IMG/VR virus record: IMGVR_UViG_3300021091_000014
Location: 1-64,000 of that record
DNA from: a virus
DNA length: 64,000 nucleotides
Strand: one strand, 5' to 3'
Part shown: positions 16,903-25,765 of the stretch, in pieces
How the letters are laid out: every line of letters begins with the position of its first letter
Position numbering within the stretch: the stretch's first letter is position 1
Made by a program: the position numbers and the translations under genes
The notes under the pieces: generated by a model
Told to the model about the DNA's origin: nothing
The model's database searches: none
The model's input: the letters and a program-made list of their open reading frames with translations, nothing else

Positions 16903-16979
16903 GGGCCCGTAGCTCAGCTGGTCAGAGCAGGCGACTCATAATCGCTTGGTCAGGGGTTCAAGTCCCTTCGGGCCTACCA
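16903..16979 (+). tRNA. tRNA-Ile2(CAT) (lysidine type)
   Basis: GGCGACTCATAATCGCT anticodon arm matches E. coli-type tRNA-Ile2; CCA. Confidence 0.88.
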
Positions 16980-17035
16980 TATAAATATATTTGACCGAGA
17001 GGTCACCACACACACAAACACAGAAAGGAAATATC

Positions 17036-17245
17036 ATGACAGCAAAAACTCCATACGAAATCCGTTTAGAGCTTATCAAGCTTGCCCAGGATCAACTCAA
17101 CCAGCGTTACTTTACCAATTGGGATGCTATTCGTTCCAACGCCGATCGTAATAATCAAACCATTACCGAAGTTCCGGAATTTCCTAATACTCAGCAGATA
17201 TTAATGGAAGCCGAAAAACTCAAGGCCTTTGTAGATAAAGCGTAA
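17036..17245 (+). CDS. small phage protein (KTPYEIRLEL...AEKL..FV)
   Basis: Late promoter TATAAATA 16980-16987; AAGGA SD. Confidence 0.75.
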   Translation: MTAKTPYEIRLELIKLAQDQLNQRYFTNWDAIRSNADRNNQTITEVPEFPNTQQILMEAEKLKAFVDKA

Positions 17246-17294
17246 ATAAGAATCATTCTTATTTGAAGACCACAGCTAGCTGTGGTCTTTTTTT
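17245..17294. repeat. regulatory cassette copy 3: AATAAGAATCATTCTTATT + AAGACCACAGCTAGCTGTGGTCTT + T-tract (also terminator-like)
   Basis: Matches the first two elements of copies 1 and 2. Confidence 0.85.
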
Positions 17295-17298
17295 GTAG

Positions 17299-17327
17299 TT
17301 GATTTATTTTCCTGACGAGAATATAAT
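17299..17327 (+). promoter_or_regulatory. early promoter TTGATT-17-TATAAT
   Basis: Consensus. Confidence 0.8.
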
Positions 17328-17352
17328 ATATGTTCTAACTAAGGAGATTGTT

Positions 17353-17631
17353 ATGACAAATTTAGAAAGAGTTACTAACTTACTTAAGAATCGTAAAATT
17401 CTTACTAAAACGGAACGTAAGCAGGCAATAGATCTAATAGCTAGCACCCTAGGAGTCTCACGCTCTAATGCTGCAGTCTATCTCAGCAAAGTACAAAAAC
17501 TTTTTCTACCTACAGTAGTTTTTCAAGAAAATAAAATTCAAAAAGAAGAAATAGTTCAAGAGTTAGGAATCACTAACGAGCGAATAGCTTCCATTATGGA
17601 AAAATCAAACAACTTTGTTGTTACTTTGTAG
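17353..17631 (+). CDS. early protein with HTH-like motif (LGVSRSNAAVYL)
   Basis: AAGGAGA SD; motif shared with 10212 and 57478 ORFs. Confidence 0.7.
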   Translation: MTNLERVTNLLKNRKILTKTERKQAIDLIASTLGVSRSNAAVYLSKVQKLFLPTVVFQENKIQKEEIVQELGITNERIASIMEKSNNFVVTL

Positions 17632-17660
17632 TTGATTTATTTTTGTCAAGAGAATAAAAT
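17632..17660 (+). promoter_or_regulatory. early promoter TTGATT-17-TAAAAT
   Basis: Consensus and spacing. Confidence 0.7.
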
Positions 17661-17690
17661 ATACTTACATTAACTGAAAAGGAGTATGTT

Positions 17691-18623
17691 ATGGCACACG
17701 AAATAGAAACGATGGCTTACGCCGGCGAAGTACCCTGGCACGGACTTGGTGTTCCGGTTCCAGCAGACCTTTCACCTGAGCAATTTCTTAGGAAAGCTGA
17801 CCTTAATTGGGAAGTGCAAAAGATTCCTTGTTATGCTGAAATTGATGGTGAGAAGGTATTTGTAGGTAAGTCAGCTTTGACCCGCTCTACAGATAACAAA
17901 ATTCTTGATGTTGTTTCCACTGATTGGAACCCGGTTCAGAATTCTGAAGCATTTCAATTCTTTGATGAGTATTGCCGGGTAGGTGATATGGAAATGCATA
18001 CAGCTGGCTCTCTTAAAGGAGGTCAGATTGTATGGGTACTTGCCAAGCTTAAGGACTCGTTTGATATTTTTAATGGAGACACTATTGATGGATATCTTTT
18101 ATTCTCAAACCCTCATAAATTTGGCCAGTCTATTGACGTCCGCTTCACCCCTATTCGTGTGGTGTGCAATAACACTCTCACATTAAGTCTGGAATCTAAA
18201 TCGGACAACTACGTTAAGGTTAACCATAAGAAAGTGTTTAACGCTGACGAAGTCAAGGAGACTCTTGGTATCGCCACCCATAAGCTGGCCAAGTACAAAG
18301 AGATGGCTAAGTTCCTAGGGTCCAAGCGCTATAAGCAGGACAAAGTCAAAGACTACTTTAAGGAAATCTTCCCGGCTATGTCTGGCAAGGATAAGGAAAT
18401 GTCTCGAGCTGCCAATAAAGCACTTGACGTTCTTGTTAAGCAGCCTGGCGCTAACTTTGCCGAAGGATCTTGGTGGCAGCCGTTTAACGCCGTAACGTAT
18501 ATGACGGATCACTTAGTTGGTCGCTCCGTTGATACACGCCTTACTTCGGCCTGGTACGGCTCCAATCGCGGGCTTAAGATCAAGGCGCTTGAAAAAGCGG
18601 TTGAGTACGCTGAAGCGGCTTAA
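17691..18623 (+). CDS. DUF932/DUF945 family protein
   Basis: MAHE..MAY.G..PWHGLG, TAGSL.GG, TPIRVVCNNTL. Confidence 0.9.
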   Translation: MAHEIETMAYAGEVPWHGLGVPVPADLSPEQFLRKADLNWEVQKIPCYAEIDGEKVFVGKSALTRSTDNKILDVVSTDWNPVQNSEAFQFFDEYCRVGDMEMHTAGSLKGGQIVWVLAKLKDSFDIFNGDTIDGYLLFSNPHKFGQSIDVRFTPIRVVCNNTLTLSLESKSDNYVKVNHKKVFNADEVKETLGIATHKLAKYKEMAKFLGSKRYKQDKVKDYFKEIFPAMSGKDKEMSRAANKALDVLVKQPGANFAEGSWWQPFNAVTYMTDHLVGRSVDTRLTSAWYGSNRGLKIKALEKAVEYAEAA

Positions 18624-18628
18624 GGAGA

Positions 18629-18652
18629 AGGAGGGGGCAACCCCTCCTCTTT
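18629..18652 (+). terminator. hairpin AGGAGGGG-GCAA-CCCCTCCT
   Basis: GC-rich stem after stop, short U tail. Confidence 0.65.
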
Positions 18653-18655
18653 ACC

Positions 18656-18901
18656 ATGGATAAAGACGAAGAAACGTTCCAGGCATTATACCCTAGTTTT
18701 AAAGCTCTCTATGACGAAAGTATTCAACTGGGCTACAAACCGATGGAAGTGTTTAGTATTATGTTAGGAATTATCGCCCAGCAATATCAGTTGTATTCTA
18801 ATAAGGATGAGTTTGTTAATTTTCTCACCCACATTCAAGCCCAGGCATGGCCGGACGATGAGCCTTCTAAAAAGAAACCTAATCTTAAATTGGTACACTA
18901 A
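18656..18901 (+). CDS. hypothetical protein
   Basis: 81-aa ORF. Confidence 0.65.
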   Translation: MDKDEETFQALYPSFKALYDESIQLGYKPMEVFSIMLGIIAQQYQLYSNKDEFVNFLTHIQAQAWPDDEPSKKKPNLKLVH

Positions 18902-19126
18902 ATGACAATATTTAAACCGCACCGTGGATATCATAAGCCTACAATTAGTGCAAGAAGTGGCATTAATCAGTTCCAGCTTATAAAATTTCTAGAGAACTAT
19001 CGTAACGCTTTAGAAAAGCGTGGATTAGAAAACGCTTTAGAAATTGAACTGCTCATAGAGTATTTCAAAAACGATTACGACGATTCAAGACCATTGGTTT
19101 TTGATTCAACTAAAATTGGACTTTAA
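18902..19126 (+). CDS. hypothetical protein
   Basis: 74-aa ORF. Confidence 0.6.
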   Translation: MTIFKPHRGYHKPTISARSGINQFQLIKFLENYRNALEKRGLENALEIELLIEYFKNDYDDSRPLVFDSTKIGL

Positions 19127-19143
19127 CATTTGTTTCCCTCTTT

Positions 19144-19168
19144 GCCCGTTTTTAAACGGGCTTTTTTT
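19144..19168 (+). terminator. rho-independent terminator GCCCGTT..AACGGGC-T7
   Basis: Stem-loop plus U-tract. Confidence 0.85.
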
Positions 19169-19185
19169 GTTTCATAAATAGTTTT

Positions 19186-19911
19186 ATGGACCAGAAATTT
19201 ATACAACGTGCTACTCAAGTCACGTCATTTAACTTCATATCTTCAGATTTTACTTCTCTTACCTATAAAAAAGAGATACAATCTCTTTTTGCAACTCATT
19301 TTTTTCCAACGTTTAATTTAAATAATACTCTTGATACCATTGACAAAAATAAATTAAACTTATTAATATCAAAACTAAAAGAAATTAACAGTTCAAAATT
19401 TTTAAATTTACATAACTATAATTTAAAAGGTATAGGGCCAGGAGAAGTAACACTTTATTTCTTATTAAATAATGCCAAGCTAGGAGGCGGTGCTAGCGCC
19501 GGGGTGGACTTAATGGTCGGGTCTCAAGCGTACGAAATAAAGGCAATTAAGTTATCCCGAGACGGTTATGCTTACGACTTTAAATTAGGAGGAACAGTAC
19601 CTCTTGCTGATATTATTACTGATTTGTACACCCTTGCCACTAAGTTAAAACTTGGAGGTACGAGAACAGAAATAAGCGGCAGTATTATTGAAGGTATGAA
19701 AACTAAAGCTCCAGACGAATATAAATTAATTGAAAATAAATTTAGAGAAATATCGTTTGGTAGCTATTTTAAAAATCACGAAATAATTTTTATTAACAAC
19801 ACCGCTGGTACTAATTTCGGTAAAATTGAAGCCATAAAAAATGTAACTATGTCAGACATTTTTATAGAGAGACTAACAAATGGAACAGTTAAACCTAGAG
19901 TGAAACTTTAA
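19186..19911 (+). CDS. possible PD-(D/E)xK nuclease-fold protein
   Basis: IGPGEV...GVDL...YEIK; late-type CATAAATA just upstream. Confidence 0.5.
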   Translation: MDQKFIQRATQVTSFNFISSDFTSLTYKKEIQSLFATHFFPTFNLNNTLDTIDKNKLNLLISKLKEINSSKFLNLHNYNLKGIGPGEVTLYFLLNNAKLGGGASAGVDLMVGSQAYEIKAIKLSRDGYAYDFKLGGTVPLADIITDLYTLATKLKLGGTRTEISGSIIEGMKTKAPDEYKLIENKFREISFGSYFKNHEIIFINNTAGTNFGKIEAIKNVTMSDIFIERLTNGTVKPRVKL

Positions 19912-21104
19912 TGCTTACACTTAAATTTTTCTTAACGGAGGCAGTGTCGGATGAATCAAAGCTTACCCATCTCGAGCATGCCGAAGATCATGTCATTAAT
20001 GCCGGGGATAAAGGCTTGGCCCATGCATATCATAATCTTCAAGATACACACGATGTGCTTAAAGGTAAAAAAACTAAAACAACTATTACTACAAAGTACG
20101 ACGGGTCTCCTTCTATTGTATGGGGCTATCATCCTGAAAATAAAAAATTCTTTGTTGGAACAAAGTCTGTTTTTAATAAAGAACCTAAGATTAATCATAC
20201 CTCAGAAGATATAGATCGTAATCATGGACATACTCCTGGATTGGCTGAAAAATTAAAACACGCACTAAAACACCTACCTAAAATTACACCTAAAGGAAAA
20301 GTCTTTCAAGGCGATTTAATGCATTCAGGTGTTAAATCTAAAACAAACCCTCATGGTGATGTTGAAAGTAAAGACGGTAAATTTCATTTTAAACCTAACA
20401 CTATTACATACTCTTCAAAACACGATACTGAAGAAGGTAAAAAAATATCTAAGTCAAAGATAGGAATAGTACCTCATACTGAGTACAAAGGTACTTCTCT
20501 TACTAATATGAAAGCGCATTATAACGCTGATACAACACAGTTAAACGATCATCCCGATGTTCACATTATTCATCCCACGATTGATAGTAAGAAAATCAAG
20601 TACACACCTGAACAGCAGAAGAAATTTGAAACACACTTACACGCAGCCACTAATACTTTTAATTCCGCTCACAAAGATTTTCATAAGCCTGTCGAGTCTC
20701 ATATTGAACACTTAAAGACTTACATTAATAAAACAGTAAAGGATGGTTTAAAACCGTCGGTGGAGGGGTATCAATCTCACTTAAGAGATAAGTTTAATAA
20801 AGAGGCTTCCAAACTTAAGACGGAAAAAGGCAAATCCAAAAAGATAGCTGAATTAGATAAACATGTTAATCATGTAGAGCAAAATAAGGAACATTTTAAT
20901 TCTGCCCTTCAGATGCACAGTCATTTACAACAGGCAAAAGATGTACTTGTACATGCTATGTCGAGTCATCAAAAGTTTGATCATCATATTGGTGGTATCA
21001 AAACAAAACCAGAGGGCTTTGTTGCAGTAAGAAACAATAGACCTACTAAGTTAGTTGATAGAAAAGACTTTAGCCGAGCTAACTTTCTATCAAGGGAGAG
21101 ATAG
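19911..21104 (+). CDS. ATP-dependent ligase-like nucleotidyltransferase (DUF6267-like), probable head-internal protein
   Basis: KYDG (motif I), FQGD, EGFV, TKLVDR; N-terminal MLTLKFFLTE leader. Confidence 0.65.
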   Translation: MLTLKFFLTEAVSDESKLTHLEHAEDHVINAGDKGLAHAYHNLQDTHDVLKGKKTKTTITTKYDGSPSIVWGYHPENKKFFVGTKSVFNKEPKINHTSEDIDRNHGHTPGLAEKLKHALKHLPKITPKGKVFQGDLMHSGVKSKTNPHGDVESKDGKFHFKPNTITYSSKHDTEEGKKISKSKIGIVPHTEYKGTSLTNMKAHYNADTTQLNDHPDVHIIHPTIDSKKIKYTPEQQKKFETHLHAATNTFNSAHKDFHKPVESHIEHLKTYINKTVKDGLKPSVEGYQSHLRDKFNKEASKLKTEKGKSKKIAELDKHVNHVEQNKEHFNSALQMHSHLQQAKDVLVHAMSSHQKFDHHIGGIKTKPEGFVAVRNNRPTKLVDRKDFSRANFLSRER

Positions 21105-21110
21105 CGTAAT

Positions 21111-21118
21111 TATAAATA
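21111..21118 (+). promoter_or_regulatory. T4-type late promoter TATAAATA
   Basis: Exact gp55 consensus in intergenic DNA. Confidence 0.75.
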
Positions 21119-21162
21119 TCTTTATTCGCAGTTAGGCTTCGGTAAACCTGCTTGAGGAAAAT

Positions 21163-22770
21163 ATGGAAAAAAAGAAAAAATCCCTAAAGGATTACGTAAA
21201 GGGAAAAACTGTTTCTGGACAACAGCCAAATATAGTTAATTTAAATCCAGAAATAGAAATAAAAAGAATAGAAGAATCCAAAGATAGTACTGCTGTTTTT
21301 GCCTTTGGTCGTTTTAATCCTCCGACAATTGGTCATGAAAAGTTAATTCATAAGGTACATCAAGTAGCGCATGAGCATGGAGGGCAAGCTCATGTTATAG
21401 CTTCCCATTCCCAGGGTACTGCTAAAGACCCGCTCCCGCAAAATAAAAAAATAGAGTACTTAAAAAAAGTAGCTCCAGAAGGAGTACATGTTTCTGGATC
21501 TAATAAAGAAAATCCTAGTTTTTTAGCCGCTGCAAAAAAATTGCATGATTCTGGTCATAAACATCTTGTAATGGTAGCGGGATCTGATCGCGTTAAAGAC
21601 TATGAAGAAAAGCTTAATGCTTATAATGGCCGTGAAGGTCATTATAAGTTTAAAACAATAAAAGTTGTTTCCGCTGGAAGTAGAGACCCAGATGCTGAAG
21701 GAGTAGAAGGGATGTCTGGAACAAAAATAAGATCGCATGCTCGTGCAGGTGAGCACAAACAATTTAAAGCAGGATTACCAAAAGCACTTCATCCTCATTC
21801 AAAAGAAATTGCTGATACAATACGTTCAGTTAGTGAAGATGTTGAACTGAAAGAGGCCGTACTTACTATTGCTCAAAGACGTAAACGCGCTATAAATTTA
21901 AAACGTAGAGAGCCAAGAATCCAAAGAGCAAGAATTCTTGCTCTTAAACGGTTTGCAAGCGAAAAAGCTTTGAGAAGAAGATCTAGAAATCTTGCTAGAG
22001 AATTAGCAAGAGTAAGATTTGCTGGTAAGCGAGGTGGTGCTTATAAAGATCTTTCTCCTTCGGATAAAATTGCTGTGGACAGACAGATACAAGGCAAAGA
22101 CAAATTAATCAAAGCATTAGCGGCAAGACTTTATCAACGAGTACGTAAGCGTGAAATGGCTAGAATTTCCAGAGTGAGATCTGGAATAAAAAGACCTGTT
22201 GGCAAACAAAAAACAGGAATGATTGCATCAACATTTACTCCAGAATTTAAACGAGATCTTTTTGAATCCATGTTTAATACAATAGTTTGTGAAAAATATA
22301 ATATAAACGAAAAGCAACTTTTCTCTTTACAGAAAAAAGCAAATGAATCTAATCTTTCTTTATTTTCTATACTAGATAAATTTAAAGAAAGTATGAATAG
22401 TAATAATGAGAGTGATAAACATACTGCTGAACAACTCGCTTATAATAAAATAAATTCGTTAGTAGCTGAAATTAAAAAAAGAGGTCTATGGGCTAACATT
22501 CATGCAAAGAGAGCTCGCATCAAAGCAGGATCAGGCGAGAGTATGCGAAAACCAGGATCTAAAGGAGCGCCTTCCAAACAAGACTTTATTGACGCTCAAG
22601 AAAACTTTATGGATGGTAAAAACGCTCAAGATAAGGGCGATATGGCAAGACATGGCCTCAAAGGTATGTCTATTGCCCGGCTTAAAAAAGTCAGATCTTC
22701 TGATACAGCGTCGCCGAGAAAGAAACAACTTGCCCACTGGTTTATTAATATGCACAAAGGAAAGAATTAA
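21163..22770 (+). CDS. cytidylyltransferase-like (HIGH-fold) nucleotidyltransferase with basic C-terminal extensions
   Basis: FAFGRFNPPTIGH, MVAGSDR, RDPDAEG..GMSGTKIR. Confidence 0.85.
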   Translation: MEKKKKSLKDYVKGKTVSGQQPNIVNLNPEIEIKRIEESKDSTAVFAFGRFNPPTIGHEKLIHKVHQVAHEHGGQAHVIASHSQGTAKDPLPQNKKIEYLKKVAPEGVHVSGSNKENPSFLAAAKKLHDSGHKHLVMVAGSDRVKDYEEKLNAYNGREGHYKFKTIKVVSAGSRDPDAEGVEGMSGTKIRSHARAGEHKQFKAGLPKALHPHSKEIADTIRSVSEDVELKEAVLTIAQRRKRAINLKRREPRIQRARILALKRFASEKALRRRSRNLARELARVRFAGKRGGAYKDLSPSDKIAVDRQIQGKDKLIKALAARLYQRVRKREMARISRVRSGIKRPVGKQKTGMIASTFTPEFKRDLFESMFNTIVCEKYNINEKQLFSLQKKANESNLSLFSILDKFKESMNSNNESDKHTAEQLAYNKINSLVAEIKKRGLWANIHAKRARIKAGSGESMRKPGSKGAPSKQDFIDAQENFMDGKNAQDKGDMARHGLKGMSIARLKKVRSSDTASPRKKQLAHWFINMHKGKN

Positions 22771-23036
22771 TGTTTACCTTCAAGCAATACATTTTAGAGG
22801 CCGAGCATCAAGGAAAAACCGTTCAGCTTAACAAGCCAATGGCCGGTGACGTTAAGAAGTCCAAAGTGTATGTCAAAGGACCTTCTGGTAATGTCGTTAA
22901 AGTAAACTTCGGCGATAAGAATATGACTATTAAAAAACATATACCAGCTAGACGCAGAAGTTTTAGAGCAAGACATAATTGTGATAATCCCGGTCCAAAG
23001 TGGAAGGCGAGATACTGGAGTTGTAAAGCATGGTAA
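22770..23036 (+). CDS. conserved small basic phage protein (FRARHNCD...ARYWSC)
   Basis: Motif plus MFTFKQYILE leader. Confidence 0.8.
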   Translation: MFTFKQYILEAEHQGKTVQLNKPMAGDVKKSKVYVKGPSGNVVKVNFGDKNMTIKKHIPARRRSFRARHNCDNPGPKWKARYWSCKAW

Positions 23037-23452
23037 ATAAGTTTAAACAGTTCATTATTGAACAAGAAACAAAGTGCCCTATTGCTACAATGGACTTGCA
23101 TGTTAATGTTGAAAATAGACAGCATGCTATTGATGAGTATGGATACGGTCCAATGAGCCCTATGGAAGATAATGAAGAGTTTTGGCAAGAAAAAGCTGAC
23201 ATGTGGGGTGTGGATACAAAGATGGCGAAAACATCTTTATGTGAAAATTGTGCTGCGTTTAACATCTCTGATCAAATGCGTGCCTGTATAGAGAAAGGCA
23301 TCAATCAAGGTATAAAGGGAACTAATGCAATGTCTGTTATTGAAAAAGCTGACCTAGGATATTGTGAAATACTACACTTTAAATGTGCCGGTACTAGAAC
23401 TTGTGATCTATGGCTAACAAACGGTCCGTTAGATAATGAGGATATTTTATAA
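23030..23452 (+). CDS. Cys-rich phage protein
   Basis: YGP, CENCAAF, GYC..LHFKCA..RTC..W. Confidence 0.75.
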   Translation: MVNKFKQFIIEQETKCPIATMDLHVNVENRQHAIDEYGYGPMSPMEDNEEFWQEKADMWGVDTKMAKTSLCENCAAFNISDQMRACIEKGINQGIKGTNAMSVIEKADLGYCEILHFKCAGTRTCDLWLTNGPLDNEDIL

Positions 23453-23892
23453 TGGAAGAATTAGTACAATTAATGCGCAAAATATTATCTAATAGTTTTG
23501 TGTTTTACGTTAAAGCTCAAAACTATCATTGGAACGTAGAGGGTAGAAATTTTCCTCAGTACCATGACTTCTTTGGAAACTTATATCAGGAGGTTTATTC
23601 CTCTATTGATTCTACCGCCGAGCACATCCGCGCACTAAATGATTACGCTCCAGGGTCGTTAAAAAGATTTAATGAACTTACCGATCTTTCTGAAGAGGTA
23701 GTTATACCGCCTCTTACTGCAATGCTACAAAATTTAATTGGTGATAATGAAATAATATTAACACGTTTAATTGCTGCATATAAGTTGGCAGAAAGTTCAG
23801 ATAGAATAGGATTAGCTAATTTTTTATCTCATAGAATTGAACAGCATAGAAAACATGCCTGGATGCTTAGCGCAAGTATAAAAGAGGTTTAA
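23452..23892 (+). CDS. dps: Dps / DNA-binding ferritin-like protein
   Basis: HWNVEG..F...H..F..LY, D..AEHIR.L, K.AWML. Confidence 0.92.
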   Translation: MEELVQLMRKILSNSFVFYVKAQNYHWNVEGRNFPQYHDFFGNLYQEVYSSIDSTAEHIRALNDYAPGSLKRFNELTDLSEEVVIPPLTAMLQNLIGDNEIILTRLIAAYKLAESSDRIGLANFLSHRIEQHRKHAWMLSASIKEV

Positions 23893-23905
23893 GTTAAATA
23901 CACAT

Positions 23906-24568
23906 ATGAAAAAATATAAAAGCTTTCTCACATCCATGAAAGAAGTTTACTCAAACGAGAGTAAGGGTAACTACCGCTCTTTAAATACAGAGGCTAAAGC
24001 TGTTCTATTGAGAAAAGCTGAAACTGGCGTTGGGCAGCAGCCAGAAAAGCTTACTACAGGGTTAGCTACAAAACCAATATCAAATGCTGTAGAAGTAGAT
24101 CCTTCTGATCAGGTAGTAGCCGGTTCGTACAGAACAAAACACTTTGAAATGAATCCTCAAGCACAATATCTTTTTGCAAATATTCCTAGAGATCCAAGAA
24201 TGAATTATGGAATGTTAGAAAAAATGGCTGTTGAAATGGATCGACTTTTTGGAATTCACAAGAGAGCTGCTACTAATGAACACGCCACCGAACAAGAAAA
24301 AGCAGATGCAGAAGAAATTAGTCAAAAAATTTATCAAATGGCAAGAGGTTTAAACCTTCATAATAACGTTGGCTTTATAGATGATACCTTAAGATTGATT
24401 ACAGGGCTTGCAAAAAGAGGTGAGACCGTTCCAGCTGATCAGCCGAGAAAAGGTATGCCAGTGGTAATGACTAAAGAGCGCCCGGATAAAGATGTAGACA
24501 ATACGTTTTTTGCTTCATCAAGAGCAAGCAAAGCCCATACAAAATTAAAAATTATTGATAATGATTAA
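23906..24568 (+). CDS. hypothetical (probable head-internal) protein
   Basis: 220-aa ORF in the late cluster. Confidence 0.7.
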   Translation: MKKYKSFLTSMKEVYSNESKGNYRSLNTEAKAVLLRKAETGVGQQPEKLTTGLATKPISNAVEVDPSDQVVAGSYRTKHFEMNPQAQYLFANIPRDPRMNYGMLEKMAVEMDRLFGIHKRAATNEHATEQEKADAEEISQKIYQMARGLNLHNNVGFIDDTLRLITGLAKRGETVPADQPRKGMPVVMTKERPDKDVDNTFFASSRASKAHTKLKIIDND

Positions 24569-24585
24569 TTAACAGGAGAAAAAAA

Positions 24586-25497
24586 ATGTTATACAAAAGT
24601 CCTAAATCTGTTCTTGATTCTATTGCAAAATTAATTGCAGAAGATAGAGAAAAATTTGCTGAAGAGCGCGACTCTTTAGAGTCAAAGCTTCAGTTAGAAG
24701 CAATGAAAAAGATGAAGTTTGAGTATGTTGTTCCAGAAGATATTGAAAAGGAAGGGGTTGCTCATTTTATAGGTGCTGCTGCGGCTGCTCACAAAGCCGG
24801 TCAAAAGAAATTTTCTTTTGGTGGAAAAAAATACCCTGTTAAAATTAAACCTTCTGTAGCCCATACTGTTACAAAAGAAGAGATGGAAAACAAAAAAGAG
24901 AAGAAAGAGAAGCATGAGAAGGAGAACGAGGTAGAAGAAAATACCGACACTCCAGGAAACTCTACTCATCAATGCGCCGTACATGTTAAGCATGAGCAGT
25001 TTGGTGAGGGCAAAACTCTTTTTAGTCAACATGCTACTCCAGCAGAAGATGGAACAATTGCATGGTATGATGTAATGTTTGAGCATGGGATAGAAAAGGA
25101 AGTTAAAACTTCTGACTTAGAAATTGTTATTTCAGAAAGCCATGGCAATCATAAAAAAAAGATGAAAGAGGAGACCGAACTTGAAGAGGGGCGCGGTCGT
25201 CCTCGTAAAAGTCCTGCCCCAGCAAAAAAATCATCTGAAGATGATGATGAATATGGTCCAGATACTGGGCCAGAGCCAGATCAGAATATTGTAAATCATT
25301 TAAAGAAAGCTGTTGATACAAGTGGTACTCACGATGTAAAATTTGCTGATGGATCATCGCATAAAGTGCTGTCCCATGTTGCCCACAAAGTGCTGGGTGC
25401 AATGGGTAAACTTAAACCAGCCGATAGGTTAGAAATTCAGAAGCATATAGGTGCTTCTCACAAAAACCTGATGGACGTTCATAGGATGATAAAGTAA
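24586..25497 (+). CDS. charged probable prohead-core/internal protein with AT-hook
   Basis: Many (L/I/V)xE sites; GRGRPRK. Confidence 0.65.
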   Translation: MLYKSPKSVLDSIAKLIAEDREKFAEERDSLESKLQLEAMKKMKFEYVVPEDIEKEGVAHFIGAAAAAHKAGQKKFSFGGKKYPVKIKPSVAHTVTKEEMENKKEKKEKHEKENEVEENTDTPGNSTHQCAVHVKHEQFGEGKTLFSQHATPAEDGTIAWYDVMFEHGIEKEVKTSDLEIVISESHGNHKKKMKEETELEEGRGRPRKSPAPAKKSSEDDDEYGPDTGPEPDQNIVNHLKKAVDTSGTHDVKFADGSSHKVLSHVAHKVLGAMGKLKPADRLEIQKHIGASHKNLMDVHRMIK

Positions 25498-25730
25498 TGG
25501 CACTTCATCTTAACACTCTTGTTGTGGGTGGTAATACCGCCTTTGAAAAACCAAAAGAAGTTGCTGCCCCAAAACCATTAACTTCTGCAAGAGAGATGAG
25601 ACAAGTTTTTAATGTGCAACCAGACCCTATAGCAGCAATTAAAGAACCATCGATTGTTGTTGACGGTAAGGTAAAAAAGATAAGCAAAAAATCAGCCTTT
25701 CTTTTAGATATGCTTTCTCTAGACGACTAA
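25497..25730 (+). CDS. hypothetical protein
   Basis: 77-aa coupled ORF. Confidence 0.6.
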   Translation: MALHLNTLVVGGNTAFEKPKEVAAPKPLTSAREMRQVFNVQPDPIAAIKEPSIVVDGKVKKISKKSAFLLDMLSLDD

Positions 25731-25765
25731 TAAATAACTATAACCAAAAAAAGGAGAACTATAAA

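Noticed and set aside
16903-16979. tRNA-Met (initiator or elongator)
   Set aside because: No C1:A72 mismatch or GGG/CCC anticodon stem; the arm sequence matches Ile2.
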